From assembly GCA_047495785.1 (NCBI GenBank), contig JBLDXI010000032.1, positions 3,038,001 through 3,102,000 on the forward strand: a DNA stretch of 64,000 bases. Reading direction: 5' to 3'. A program made the translations under genes and the position numbers. Of this stretch, positions 1 through 12,871 are shown piece by piece. The notes under the pieces were generated by a model. That model made no database searches. It had not been told where the DNA came from and worked only from the letters and a program-made list of their open reading frames with translations. Every line of letters begins with the position of its first letter. Position 1 is the stretch's first letter. Origin of the DNA: Lepidodermella squamata. Its lineage: Eukaryota > Animalia > Gastrotricha.

Positions 1-341
1 TGTCGGGTCTGTGTACCCATCTCTTCAGTCGTTGGCTTATCTTCGTCGTATACCGGCTCGTTCAAAGTCAATTGGTTGCCCCGTATGTCCATTTCGTGGA
101 GCAATCTAATCAGAAGATCATTTCTTTCGGGTTTGTATTCATTTGAAGCAGCGATCTCGTCGATGATTCGAAGCACCCCATTGATGCCAGCGATGCCGAT
201 ATCTTGGAGGACGCCTTCATGAATTTCTTCATTAAAGATCGAATTGTACAATCTTGAGCCAAAACCACCAAAACCACCCGGAGAAATCGGAAAATTCATC
301 TTCTTTTTGTCAGAGCTTGTCGAAGGCCGTGGTGTAGCCAT
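1..341 (-). CDS. 5' part of an unknown protein-coding gene running off the window edge
   Basis: ATG at 341-339 opens a stop-free frame to the window edge (MATPRPSTSSDKKKMNFPISPGGFGGFGSRLYNSIFNEEIHEGVLQDIGIAG...). No recognisable domain. Confidence 0.5.
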   Translation of the reverse strand, partial: MATPRPSTSSDKKKMNFPISPGGFGGFGSRLYNSIFNEEIHEGVLQDIGIAGINGVLRIIDEIAASNEYKPERNDLLIRLLHEMDIRGNQLTLNEPVYDEDKPTTEEMGTQTR

Positions 342-3300
342 GCCACGTGGTTAGATTGATGAATTAGATAAGGGGCGGCAGCCTTAATAGAACTTACCGC
401 AGCCTATGAATTTAGGTATTTTCTTTAGTCGACCTTCTCGAAACAGTTTAAACAGCACTGTTATGTTAATTTGCATATTCGAATTTAGCGTGTGACTACG
501 ATAATGAGCGCGCGCACTAATGCTGGTTGCGTAACCGGTATTGCGTGCCGATTTTGAGCGACAAATTTGAGCGCGCACACCGCATACTCGAATAAAAAGC
601 CGCACAACATGAAGAAAAGTGAAATAGCGCACAATTTCTCTCAAAAAATAATGTAATATAATAGGAATATAGGGGCAAAAAGTGAATATCCGCGAGCGAG
701 CGTAGCGAGCGAGCGCCATATTTTATAACCTCCAAAACCCCTCAATTTTGTAACCCATCCCCTCAGACAAAAAGCTGGATAAACCCCTGTTTGCTGTTAT
801 GACGGTTTGCCCCCTTTACCTCAGGAGCAGGGTTCGAAAGAAAAGTGCAATTTTCGTTTCGCAACAATGAACGACCCGATGAGAGACAAATTTGTACCTG
901 GATTTAGAAACATTGGCGCGCAAGAATCACCCATTCAAATGTTTTCAAGGTTCTAAATTTGCAATTTTCTTACGGTCACAATCCTAGAAGTCGGTGATTT
1001 TCTGGACATTTTACCCGCATTTTATTGGGTACAGCTTTCCAAAAACAATGTACATCCAATGCTAACATCCAAGGAGTAGTTGGAATGACTTTTTGGAATC
1101 TTTTCATAATGCTTTTTAGACTAAGTTGTTGACTTCTTATCACGTTCAATTATCGTCAGCATAATAATTTGAAATCTCAATGGGATAAAAAGTGACAAGT
1201 CAGTTCCTGAATGCAATAAAAATAGTCACATTTCCTGCACTTTGTCTATGTCCTATCATCTAGCCTTTAGCATGCCCAAGTTCTTATATTGGGCAGGAAC
1301 ATTTTTTATTCCTTAGAGACACGTGACGACACCTTTGAAAATGTGAAAATGGCAGCGTTTCGCGAGTGTCATTTCATACTATTCCATCTCCCATCATAAC
1401 AACAACCTGCAAAGCTCTTAGTCACGGTTCAGTAAACAGCAATCGATCTTCCAGACATGTTTATAGCATAAAGCTGAACCCATCATTTTGTAGCTTGCCT
1501 CGAAATGTCGTGTTTTTTGCTAAAATTGTTTTTCCAACAGGAAATGCCTGCTTGCTTTCCTAAAAGCAGGTTACTGCTAAATCACATCTACGGTGACATT
1601 TTCGTCATTCTTGCTTTTCTTAATTACTTTTTTGTAATTTATATCTATTTCAAGTTAGCATTTAATATATAAAAAATCGCTAATCTCGACCGCGTTTACA
1701 ATCAGCGAGGAAAACACGGGTATTATATCGTATTCCCAGCCTGGAATAGATTGTCTTTTAGTTAAAAATCGCTAGGATTTGCCGATATTTTGCACTGAAA
1801 CGGATTACCGACATCGCGCGAGGGACAGTGAAACGAACATAAAAACGCACTTTATCTAGCTAATCAAAGCTTAAATTCCCCTTTCTTTGAAAATCGAAGG
1901 TTTTGACTCGTACTGTGCCCGAGTTCTCGGTAGCCATCACTTTCCATTATAAGAAGTCGCTTTGACCCTATTGTTTGATCGGTTTTTATTTGCTTCTACC
2001 GCTATTGAACTCATAAATGCCGCATAATTTCCATTGCGAAATGTGACGATCGATCTATGCGGCCCTAGCCAGACTTAATTCTAGCTGTTAATGGGTTTTT
2101 AATATTCTGGGATATGTTGTCTTAACCACGTGCCAAATTTAGGCACTAATGAACCCCATTATTCAATTCGGAATGTCGTAAAAAATCATCACCATTTTAA
2201 TGTCAATGTTTGCTTGTTTTCGAATTTTCGCCGCCATCCCAGGTGGCTCTCATGTTTTCGAGCGAAAAAATCTGACGCTGAATTATTGATTTGTGGGCAT
2301 GGCTCGTATTCGATTTTTAAACCTCGCATTTTTTTGCAACCAATCCCACGTGATCTTTTTAGACGCGGTGAAAAAATTTAGCAAAACATGCCATTTGAAC
2401 CAATTAAAGTCACATTCGCCCGGTACACACGCGCTGTCGCTTTTTACAGCCCAGACAAATGCACCCAATATAGCTTGGTCACTGCTAGTATTGTCGCCTC
2501 ATTGATCAAATAAACACGTTAATCGCACCTACTCATCAGTTGTTACAATAGGTCACGCTATGTCGGGTTTTTTTCTTTCATTGTCCGATTGACGGTGAAG
2601 CTAATCAAACTGGGGACATAGTCAGATGCTTGTATATTCTGTCCTGCTTCACGGTTCACAATTTCAGTTTGACCACTTTTTTATGATGTCTTTAGATTTT
2701 TAAAGTTGATACCTGAAGGTTTTATAGTTTTGGCAGAGAGAGATTGTCTATAGTGAATTGTCTGAAAAAAATTAAATTTAAACAAGATTAAGACGCAGAC
2801 AGACAGAATTTTTTATCGAATTATATTTCATTCAAATTATGTTTACGTTATATTTTTTTAGTGATCAGGCTATTGTCCTGAAAAAATTTATGATGAAAAC
2901 GCCATTTTCCCTAAGAACTTTCTCGAAATAGACCAGAAAAAACCATCCGCCCCGATGGTCAACATCGTTGAGCCAATATTTTTTTATTTCCATGCCGAAA
3001 ATATTTGCCAAAAAAAGTCTTTCGAGTTTAAATACGGGCGCCCTACTTCTCAGCCTATAGGTTTTGCCACTGAAACACAGAAATCGTCTATTCGCGTAAA
3101 TCGTGATTTCCGCTGGCGTGTGGCCACTTCCGTTTCTTTATCCAGGTGATAATTGGAGCACAGCAATATAATTCAGCGTCGAGGTTATTTATAGCTTGAT
3201 ATTAATACCTAGTCCTTACTGGTCGCGCTTCAATTAGGATGAGAGGTGAAGATAATAGCTTTTTCACTTGGCATTTTCACCCGCGTTAAACTTCGCACTT

Positions 3301-4080
3301 AATCATCGCGCCTTCTGTTTCACGCGAACCGCGGCAAAAAAAAAACATATACACCTGCTGTCGCTAGTGGGCGGCGATTTGGCTTCACTTTTGGAGGGAA
3401 TTCTCTGCGCGCATTAAAACACGTACCCTGATATTATGCCTGATAGCGCACTGTAGCGTAATAATCGCGATCATCGAAAACACGAGCTATCGCGCAATAA
3501 AAACGTTCGCTTTTATGCGATATCATTTTCGAGAGATTATATGCTATACGCGCTTGCCGAAAAAACGGCTCATATCTAGGTGAACTATGCAAGTTAGGAA
3601 GCCTTTTCATACCACGGCGCGAGTTTAATGAAATAAGCTCGGATAAATTAATAATAAACGCCTCTATGTCAACTGCTCTTGTCATCATCATATAATAGCG
3701 CCGGGGAAAATAACAAAAAAAATTAATCGGATGCCTCTAAGCAAATTTTGCGTTGATAAACACTGCGCAACTTCCTTTGTTTAGCGGCGAAGGGCATTTA
3801 AGTGAAAGTCTAGTCACCTTCCTGTTAAAGGCCCGCATCTAATCGACATTTTTTTACCGACTTGCACTCGCATTATTGACTCTTTATTGAGGAAACCGAC
3901 ACTTTACTATAGTTTAGTTCAAACGCGGGGTCGTTCAATCCATTACAGTAATTATGAAGCCGCATTTCGTTAGGAATGACGAAAGGCATGCTGCCCCTAG
4001 CAGGATTCTCCTACGTAGTACATTTTAAACTCGAATTGTCTTTAATTTTAGCGTCACATTTGATTTTTATTTAGAAAGGT

Positions 4081-5790
4081 ATGGAAATATTCACAATTCT
4101 CGAAATATTCGTACCCCTATTCGCGGTATTTGGCAATCTGGTTGCGCTAGATGGCGTCGTTCAGGGCGAAATTTCGATAGCTGGCTACCGGCGTTTTTTA
4201 ATCTCACTTCTTGCGAGTGATTTATACATTTGTGGCGTTAAATTGCTGCTGGTTGGCACCGAAGCTTTTTCGCGATATTTTTTAAATGTCAACATGGAGA
4301 CGCACAAATGCGTCGGCGAACTAGGCCGCAGTCTTGAAATTACCGGCTTCATCGCCTTTCTTCTCAACCTTTGGTAAGCAGCTTCAACAAAAATTAAAGG
4401 TTTAAGGCATAATTTTTATCAATTTTTTCAGCGGAATGTTTGTAGATCATTACATCGCCTTGGTCCATGCTCACAAATACAAATACGTAAGAATTTTTCG
4501 CTATTTTATTATAGAATTTTAACATTTTTTTAATTAATAGTTAATGGGGACAAAATTTGCGAAAGTTGTAGTTTTCCTTATTTGGCCGGTTGCTTTTCTG
4601 ATCGGTTTTGCAAGTCACCCGATTCGCGCTGTGGTTTACGCAGTTTCATCGAGCCAGACTGGGATGAACCCTTACCGGACCAGTGCCTACATGGGACCTG
4701 ATATAAACCCGAACTGCTCTTCACCCGGCTCGTCAGAGTCTGGATCTGCGAATAATTACGACTACAATTACAACGCGCCCAATGAAGGTGGTCAAGATGA
4801 TAATTTCGACCCATTCGGCAGGTATTTAATTTCCGAAATATCCGACCCACCTTAATATATTTTTCCTTATAGCACGGACGAATTTGGCCAGCCGTGCAAG
4901 GTCGAAACAAATATGACATTGGCATTTCTAGATACAGTTCGAAATAGCTTGGATTTCGAGGCTACGACATACCCTAAAGGCCTCATTTTGTGCGCATCAT
5001 TCGACCGAACTTCAAAGCTATGGCTTGATTGGGTTGTAGTTTGTCTAACAATCGCAGCCGCCACTTTTCTCGCTATTTGCTATGGCGTCTTTCGAAAAGC
5101 TGTCTCAAGAGCTGGAAGAGCTAAGGGCAAGCTTCAAAAGCTTACAATCACAACTTTCCTACTTCTCGGCGCTTTTATTGTCTGGTGAGTCCAGCTTAAC
5201 TTTTCGTCAATATTTTTATTCAATTTTTTCCTGTTCAGCTGGTTACCTTACTTTTGTTATGAGCTGTTTTTGGAGTTGATCTTTCAAACAAATCAAACAA
5301 TACTTACCGCGACGTGGTCTGAGACGCTTTACGTCGTTCACAACGTTCTACATCTACCCTTCATTTGCTCACCCCTCATCGTGCCGATCATATACGTAAC
5401 CCGCCTTCGCGTCGTACAAAGGTACATTATCACCTATATGAAAATTAATCGCGATAATGGTATTTTACTTTCTCATTAAACAGGCAAATTCTTAAGCGAT
5501 ACGGCGCGTTAATTCCTCCGTGCTGTAAAAAATCGCTATCGGCAGATTTATTCCGCGTCAGCACATCGTCCGCGGATGTTAATTTTTCAGTGACAGGCCC
5601 GCTGCAGATTTGTTCGATAAACGCGGCGAATTACGGCGAGAAGCAGCGATCGAATAGCCATCCGAATTTGCTGAACACTGTCGTCACGGTGGATCCTGGC
5701 AGCGAGTGCGATGATTGCCTGCTCGCCACTCGACAGTACAGCTTCAATACAGACTCGTTTTCACTGGCGAGGAAAAGTACTGTCAGCTGA
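4081..5790 (+). CDS. Class A (rhodopsin-like) orphan GPCR, 6 exons, ~476 aa
   Basis: Phase-compatible GT-AG exons 4081-4373, 4432-4486, 4541-4821, 4873-5184, 5239-5421, 5484-5790. Motifs: TM1 GN (VFGNLV), TM2 SLLASD, Cys at top of TM3, DHY at the DRY position, TM4 W, TM6 CWLP, TM7 VPIIY. An upstream exon cannot be excluded. Confidence 0.85.
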
Positions 5791-6007
5791 CGCAATCAGA
5801 AATGCGACTTTTTTTAATACCCGTGATATCTTCTTTGCGTCCGTTATTTGATGACATTATTAATAAAGAGAGTGAACACGCATATTTTGGACCCTTGCGC
5901 GATTTTTAATATCCGCCGTAATAAATAGTGACGCGTGTGACCTACTTTCAAGACAAGAATGACGCACTTGTAGGTCAAACGAATTAAGGTGGATTTTTTT
6001 ATTATAA

Positions 6008-9000
6008 TTATCTAATTTTTGTCCGGCTTCGCAGCATTTCAACGATTTCATTATGACCGCGCTTCATCGCAAGCTGCATCGCCGTTTCGTTGTAGATATT
6101 TTTCAACGAGGCATTAGCCGAGTAGAGGAGAAGCAATTTCACGATTTCGACGTTGCCCATCTCTGCCGCTATCATTAGGGCCGTCATATTTTTCGGCGGC
6201 CTGAATCGCTCGACATGAATATTCCGCTCAACCACATTTGCATCAGCTCCGTGCTCGAGTAGCAATGAAAGTAAGCCGAAATTCTGGTCTTTAACGGCTT
6301 TTATAACACCACTTTCGCCCTCGTCGTCGACAGAGTCAGGAGATGCGCCTTTTTCCAGTAAAAGCCGGACAACTTGCTCTCGACCAGCAGCGACGGCCTT
6401 GACCAAACTAAGCCCGATCCAACTTGACTGCTGGCTGATCTTCGCCAATAAAAGCTTCACCACACCTTCGTTGCCATGGCGACTGAAAAGCGTCAAGGCC
6501 GTATTACCGTCCTCCTTATCCCGAGTATTAGGATAAGCGCCTCGATCTATCAGGGCGATAGCTAGCTCGGAAAAATTCTCCCTCGCCGCGAATAGCAGTG
6601 CCTCATCCTTGTCTTCAAACCTCGTCAAAATCTTGCCCAATAAATTGTCTAACGCGTCTCGAATGTGACGAATAACCTTTTCGAGCCCTATAGACGGTTT
6701 CACTCGGCTTGTCGAGATTCGTTCATACAGCAAAAACATAAGTCCCATAGCCGTGTCTTTGTACAAATTGAACTCTTTTTCGTCCTTCCAGTCCTCCGTG
6801 TGAAGGTAATCGATCGGAGTTTTGTTGGTAAGAGATTCTTTTTCCAGGCATAGCGTCAGCAGATCCTCGCAATCTTCCGCCACGAAGTTAACAACTGCAA
6901 TGAAAATTGCTCGTTTGTGAAGACGGACTGCTAGATGGAGAATGTTTTCGCCCTCACGACGGCCGGGATAAGTTCGACCGGCGTAGAACGTCAAATCGGC
7001 TAGGTTGTACTTCTTATGAGACCGCGACTTCTTCCTCGCGAAATCGAGGCAAACATGGTGGAGTAAGCCGTGAAGTTGGAAAGCTTGCTTTTTCGCAGCC
7101 TCAGGGGAAGAATCGTAGCAATCGATGACTTGAAGCAGCGATCTCGAGCAGAATTGCTCGAGGCAATACGGTACAACTTCCTCGGGCGGGCATCCCCATA
7201 ACAGGGCGATATCTCCAACTTCGATGATTTCATCAACTCCGAACCAGAGGAATGCCGAGTAACGCCGGAACATCTCACGGCCTTCTCGCTCGAAGTTAAG
7301 GTGGAGAATATTCGCGCAGGTTGCGCTAATTTTATCCGCAGCTGTCTCTCGGGGTGACATGATAAAAGTTGAATGCTTTTCCGGGTTTCGCTCGACGAGT
7401 AGCTTGTACTTGAAATCTATCTCATGAGCCTCTTTACAGTCCAGAAACTGGCTACAAATCATCCTGGCCAGCAGGGGAAGACCATCGGCTAGTAGGGCTA
7501 GACTTGTAATTTGAAGCCGGGTAAGGGATGGCGGAAGTTTTTCGATCATAAAAGCTTCGACCTTTTCCTGGGAGACCCGCTCAAACTGAACAATTTGGGA
7601 CTTAAAACGGCTCGTAGCAGATGACACGCTTTGTTTATGTGGAGAAACGGCGATGACTCGAAGCCATTTTTCGTAGTAAGAGGTCAAAAATAGAATATGG
7701 CTCGAGTAAACATTTTCAAGCACAATTAGGATGGGTTTATCTCTTGCGCTTAAATAACGTTCCAACTGCCGCTCAACACCCATTTCTGTGTTGACGTTCA
7801 CTGTCAATCCTATAGCTTCGGCTAGTTGCAGGTAAAATTTCCTTTCATCGATGAAACTGCCGGCCAATGACAGGTCGTAGACGTTGAGCCAAGCTACTAA
7901 ATCGATCAGGCATTGTTTCACCAAAAACTCGTCGTTTAGAATCAATTTCGATACAAGTAAAGACTTCCCAAGACCATTCGCCCCGGTAACTACTAGGAAA
8001 CCATCAGATTCTTCACACAAGTTCCGAACAGCAGCTTTTAAGTTTTCGGTATTTCGGGGCTTGATTACTACGCCATCTTCCCGATCTGGAACAGGGATTT
8101 TACCGAACCTTCGAAGCCGCTTACCGGTGTTGAACAGTTTCGTCATTTTATCGCGACGTTTTGCCGTCTCAACTTCGGCAAGTTGTTGATACAACTCGCG
8201 ATTTGTCCGTTTAATTTCATCGACAACATGCGCTTTCCGCCTGAAAAGTTTCAGCGCGTCCAAGCCATCGAATAACTGCTCCAATAATCGAGCGGCTAAA
8301 TCAACATCTTCCCCAGTCGCTTGGCTGCATATGCTGATTACTGTATCTTCGACAGTTTGGGCTAAACCCAACATTCCAGCGACTCTGGCGGCTCGGGCTG
8401 TTAGGACAAAGGCTTTACCTTCGGTTCGACTCAACCGCTTGCATAGTTCGTAGATCCCGCCATTGGTTTGCCGACCTTCCGCCCGATTGATAGCTTCAAC
8501 GAATTCAACGTCGAAAACTACTTGATTAAAGGTTCGAAGAGCCATTGTTAGCTTCATAGCGTCAAAACGGCGTAGCTGAATCATTTCGACGGCGCTTTCG
8601 ACCAATTTTCGATCGAAGGACTCGTCTTTGAAGTTGACCCGTTCGAGGGATTTCGGCCGTTTTTGGCCTGAAGAAGGTTTATCCATCAACGCTTGTTTCG
8701 CCTTTTCGCCCATGACGTTTACCTGGCGTAGCAGTTCGCCGAAAGCGTGGTCGTAGGACTGATAACGAAGTACGAAATTTGTTTGATTTCGATTTGCGCA
8801 AACTGTAGCCATCCAGCCGTCGGGTTCGCATGGATGTTGCAGTTTAACGATGAGAATTTCCTTCTTTTTCCAATCAGCATTCGTAGCCTCGGCTTTACAA
8901 CTGTCGCTCTTTTTGTACGCTTCACTCATGAAGAGTAGAAAAACGTGGGATTTGTTGATAGCCTGCACAAAAATAATTAAAAAATCCGCCTTAATTTTTT

Positions 9001-9598
9001 TTAAATTCTTACCTTCATGCAGGACTCATAGCTCCACCCATGATTCAATTTTTCGGTATGAATCCACGGCTCTAAATGTTTTTTATCCTTGAGTGATTTG
9101 TAGATTTTGTAAACAATGTCCTTATTGACACCGCAAAAGCTGCAGTAAATTTTGATTTTATTATCTAAAAATCGAAATTTCTAATAATTGAAGCTTTCCC
9201 GTGTTTTCCCGTGAAATTAACCTTCTTTCGGTGGCGCCTTTGCAAAGCTGAGAGTAACTAGCTGTAAGGGTTCAGCTTTGTTCTGGCCCTTCTTCGATTT
9301 CCGCCGCTTGTTGAATACATTTTGCTTAGGCTCTGGTGATTCCATACTCTCTTCGCTGTCTGATTCGACAATGCTACAGCTGTCGATAGGCACTATCAAA
9401 TCGTCGAGTTTGAAAGCGACAGTCGAGCGGCGATGAGACCGCGTGTTGCCTGAACAAGTCAATACGTTGCCACGGGCAGCCATTCATTAGACTTACGTGC
9501 AATATTATGAAAAAATCCTCACCCTTTTGCTTCATGGAAGATTTACGGGGCATTTGCGATAAGAGCCGCTTCGCCCATTTTACTACGTCGCTTTTCAT
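6008..9598 (-). CDS. STAND/NLR-like protein: TIR + CARD-like death fold + NB-ARC + ankyrin repeats, ~1136 aa
   Basis: Exons 9598-9523, 9449-9222, 9164-9013, 8962-6008 join in frame. TIR: IYCSF...LEPWI...AINKSHVFLLFMSEAYKKSDSCKAE. Walker A GANGLGKS, Walker B ILIVLENV, GLPL motif (DGLPLLA). C-terminal ankyrin repeats (GNTALTLFSRHGNEGVVKLLL, NMTALMIAAEMGNVEIVKLLL). The first two exons are less certain. Confidence 0.85.
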
Positions 9599-9861
9599 CG
9601 GAGCGTGACGACCAGGGGCGATAGTTAGCACCTAATTCGCACCTGATGCATATTTTATGGGCATCATCATTAGTTGTAAGCGTTAACTGCTTAACTGCGA
9701 TGTGTTCCAATTAATTAATCGATGAATAAACAAAAATAAAGTGACCTTAGTTTTACGACAAAAGAACCGGTTCAAAAAAGTTGAACAAAATTTCGAATAT
9801 TTTTCATACCGAAAAAATCCAATTTTTTATCTTCAGTTATTCTGAAGTTTGGGATGAATAA

Positions 9862-10204
9862 TTAACCCTTTCACGGGCGAATTCTTTTTCAGCCAAGCCA
9901 AAATATCGAATTTTTGTTTTCAGGCAAATTTCATGAAACCCAAACTTGCTGTTAAGTCAGATCTAGCAGAAATAATTTCTGAGATAAAGATTTTTTCGAT
10001 TTAATAAATATAAAAAACACCCCTCCGTTTGAAATTTTGAAATTGATCGCTTTCCTAGAAGCAACGGAATAATGAAATTTGGGTTTCAGAATCTTTCAAG
10101 TAACATCCAGAAGTAGTATTCTACAAAAGTTCGACAAATTGGCCGAGCTGTGAACTTGCAAAGACAAAATTCTAAAATCTTCCTTGGGGTCGTGAATGGG
10201 TTAA
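9862..10204. mobile_element. piggyBac-like MITE (~335 bp) with TTAA target-site duplication
   Basis: Left end TTAA-CCCTTTCACG (9862-9875); right end CGTGAATGGG-TTAA (10191-10204). 10-bp TIR with 1 mismatch, CCC/GGG termini, AT-rich non-coding interior. Confidence 0.6.
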
Positions 10205-10983
10205 CATATGGGAATTTTCGGAACATCATTTGGGTATTCAGTAAATATTTTAAAGTAAAACTACAGCTAGTTATTAGTTAGGGATTTATAGATTAAACTG
10301 AGGAAGGACAAAACTACGAATCTAAAAATCTAATTCCATATTGATCAAGTCGCATATCCAAACATTTACGTTTCCGTTTTTTTCACTCGCATTAAAGGAT
10401 AAGTTTTTGTTCGTAATTACTGGACCTTGTATAAGGTATAGAGACCCTTATTACCGCAACTGATGTTTTCCAATTTCCGAGTTATATTTTTTCACAACCT
10501 CGATTGGACTATCAAATAAATAAATAAATAGCAATATGTTCATGATTTATTTGTAATTTCTCCAGCATTTTTTCGATTATTGTTCAGCTCGTAAATCTGC
10601 AACTGTTGCCTGATAGACCCGAGAGGTGTAAAACAAAAGCGTATTAATTCGGGATTACCTGGCCAACTATATGAGCGCAATTACGTACAAAAAAGACCAA
10701 AAGCTCGTAGGTGCCGAGCATATTGAGTGTGCGCGTGTTTCAAGTTTAAATACCGAGTGAGTGTGCGCCCGCTCTCATTGCTTTCTGAGGTTGGCGTATA
10801 AGAAAGAAACATAATTTCATTAAATTGCACTACGGATGGGCGCACGAACCGCGCAACAAACGCACCTATGAAAACAATTAAACCAGCCCAAAAAATTACG
10901 GCATTGTCACATATATAGAAATAAAAAAATATAATAATAAACTACCTACACCTAATTTTTCATATTTCATCAACGTGTGAGAA

Positions 10984-12513
10984 ATGAAAGAATTGATCAT
11001 TTCGTTACTGCTAGTAGCTACTCGGTCTATTATAGGCCAAGATTTGGACCAACGAACAGCTCGAGATAGCGCATTTGAGCGCACTCTATCGTCGTCAATC
11101 AGGAGTCAATTTATTCAAATGGCTCGAATTACGCCTCAAAATTTCGAACTAATCGCCTATTCTACAATGTCAAACAACGGCGGCACGACGTTTTTCGCCA
11201 AGGTGAAGCTGTCCGAGGAGGAGTATGCCCACCTTCGAATTTTCAAAGCAGCCGCCGCGCTACGTCAGCCTATGGAATTGGTTGCTTATCAGCGAAATAA
11301 GGGTTACTTTGACCCAATTCAATACTTTGGCTGGACAGATGACCCAAATATTCGGCGACCGGCCTCGCCTGACCCACCTGAACCCGCGAGATTGATGCCA
11401 GACCCGCCCGCCCCGCCACCACGGCGTCAAGTCCCACCTCAAAGGCAGATAATGGTCGGGCAAACTGTTCCTCCTGTAACGATTAAAGTGCTGAACATCC
11501 CAGTAGCAGTGCCTGCTCGACGACCCCCGACGACCCCTCCTCAACCCGTTGATCCTAGGACAGACGATGAATTACGGCAAGCAATTTCGACTGAAATTCG
11601 AATCCAGTTCATTCAGCAATCAGCTTTTGTCCCGGAAATCTTTGAGCTGACTTCCTATGTCTTCGCGCCAACTACGGCTGATTACTACATCGCGAAGGTG
11701 AAAGCTACAAACCAGGGCGAATACGTCCATCTTAAAATATACCGGCCTTACCTTTTCCCTCGTCAATCAATGCAATTGATCGCGTATCAACGGAATAGGA
11801 AGCTGACGGATCCTTTAGGAGATTTCAGCGGATCGGCTGATATAGTCATTCCAGGAGCCCGGGTTGATCCGGTTGTCCCAGCTCAGGGTATTATTCGGCC
11901 CCTTCGCTGGGTAGCGACTGGTTACAGTGATATTTCCGACATTCTACCCAACGACGCTGATGTGACTAAAATTTGCGAGACGATTTGGCCGCAATTTCTG
12001 GAAATCGCCCCGAAAATACCTAAAATGTTCACGCCGGTTTACTACAGGTACCAAAGCGTACCCGGAGCCGAGTTGTTTTACATCAAAGTTCAAACCGAAG
12101 TGCTTCAATATGCTCATATTGCTGTTCGGCGGCAACGTAACAAGTCGCCTGAGTTGAAAGCTGTTCAACTAGCGAAAACGTTAAGCGATGCCTTGTCGCC
12201 ATTCACCGAAAGTGAAGGTACGCAACCTCTCGGCGAGACTCGGAACGCCAATATGGACACGCAGAATATGATAGTGACAGTCTTCAGTGATTTCAAGCAA
12301 TGGAGCCCGGAGAATAGTGATCCTGTCGCGTTTTTAGCGTTAACAGAGCGAGTTCAAGCTAACAACCCTAGCGTTTACTTTGTCAAGGTTCAGCTTGATG
12401 TTGATAATTTTGCTCACATCAAAGTTCTGAAGCCGAGTTCTCCGAATGGCAACGCTGTATTACTCGGGTTTGAGGTAAACAAAAAACTATCAGATCCTTT
12501 AGATTTCTTCTGA
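10984..12513 (+). CDS. Secreted four-domain stefin-like (cystatin A/B fold) protein with Pro-rich linkers, intronless
   Basis: Signal peptide, then four repeats of the stefin pattern F..KV......Y.HL.I......L..YQ..K...DP...F. Only domain 3 has a QxVxG (QSVPG). Confidence 0.85.
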   Translation: MKELIISLLLVATRSIIGQDLDQRTARDSAFERTLSSSIRSQFIQMARITPQNFELIAYSTMSNNGGTTFFAKVKLSEEEYAHLRIFKAAAALRQPMELVAYQRNKGYFDPIQYFGWTDDPNIRRPASPDPPEPARLMPDPPAPPPRRQVPPQRQIMVGQTVPPVTIKVLNIPVAVPARRPPTTPPQPVDPRTDDELRQAISTEIRIQFIQQSAFVPEIFELTSYVFAPTTADYYIAKVKATNQGEYVHLKIYRPYLFPRQSMQLIAYQRNRKLTDPLGDFSGSADIVIPGARVDPVVPAQGIIRPLRWVATGYSDISDILPNDADVTKICETIWPQFLEIAPKIPKMFTPVYYRYQSVPGAELFYIKVQTEVLQYAHIAVRRQRNKSPELKAVQLAKTLSDALSPFTESEGTQPLGETRNANMDTQNMIVTVFSDFKQWSPENSDPVAFLALTERVQANNPSVYFVKVQLDVDNFAHIKVLKPSSPNGNAVLLGFEVNKKLSDPLDFF

Positions 12514-12871
12514 AAAGTACCAAATTCTATTATTATTGATATCTGGAATAACACTGAGCGACATTGTAATACAATTGGAGAATAGGAATTGAAATAAAAA
12601 ATGATTTTGTCGACAAAAGGTGTTAATCGTTGATTCTCACGTTGTTGGTAAAAAAAATTGCCAGAATAATAGGGTGAATTGTTGAGAAGCTCGAACAATT
12701 GAGTTCTTCAAGATGGTAAAAAAATCGGCTATTGTATTTATTCAATTGTTGAACAGGTCTGGTCAGTAGTTGGTTTTTTTCAGCTTTCAGTCATTGTTTT
12801 GGTGCAAAACTCGAACATTAAAATTATTAGGCTGGAATTTTTGAATTTATATTATTATTTGTTTAGGAATC

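Noticed and set aside
690-720. gcgagcgagcgtagcgagcgagcg motif
   Set aside because: Resembles motifs in invertebrate non-autonomous repeats, but no element boundaries or second copy could be defined in the window.
6008-8968. Possible bacterial TIR-STAND (Avs/Thoeris-like) defence gene or contamination
   Set aside because: The TIR domain is split by spliceosomal introns and the gene sits among intron-containing animal genes.
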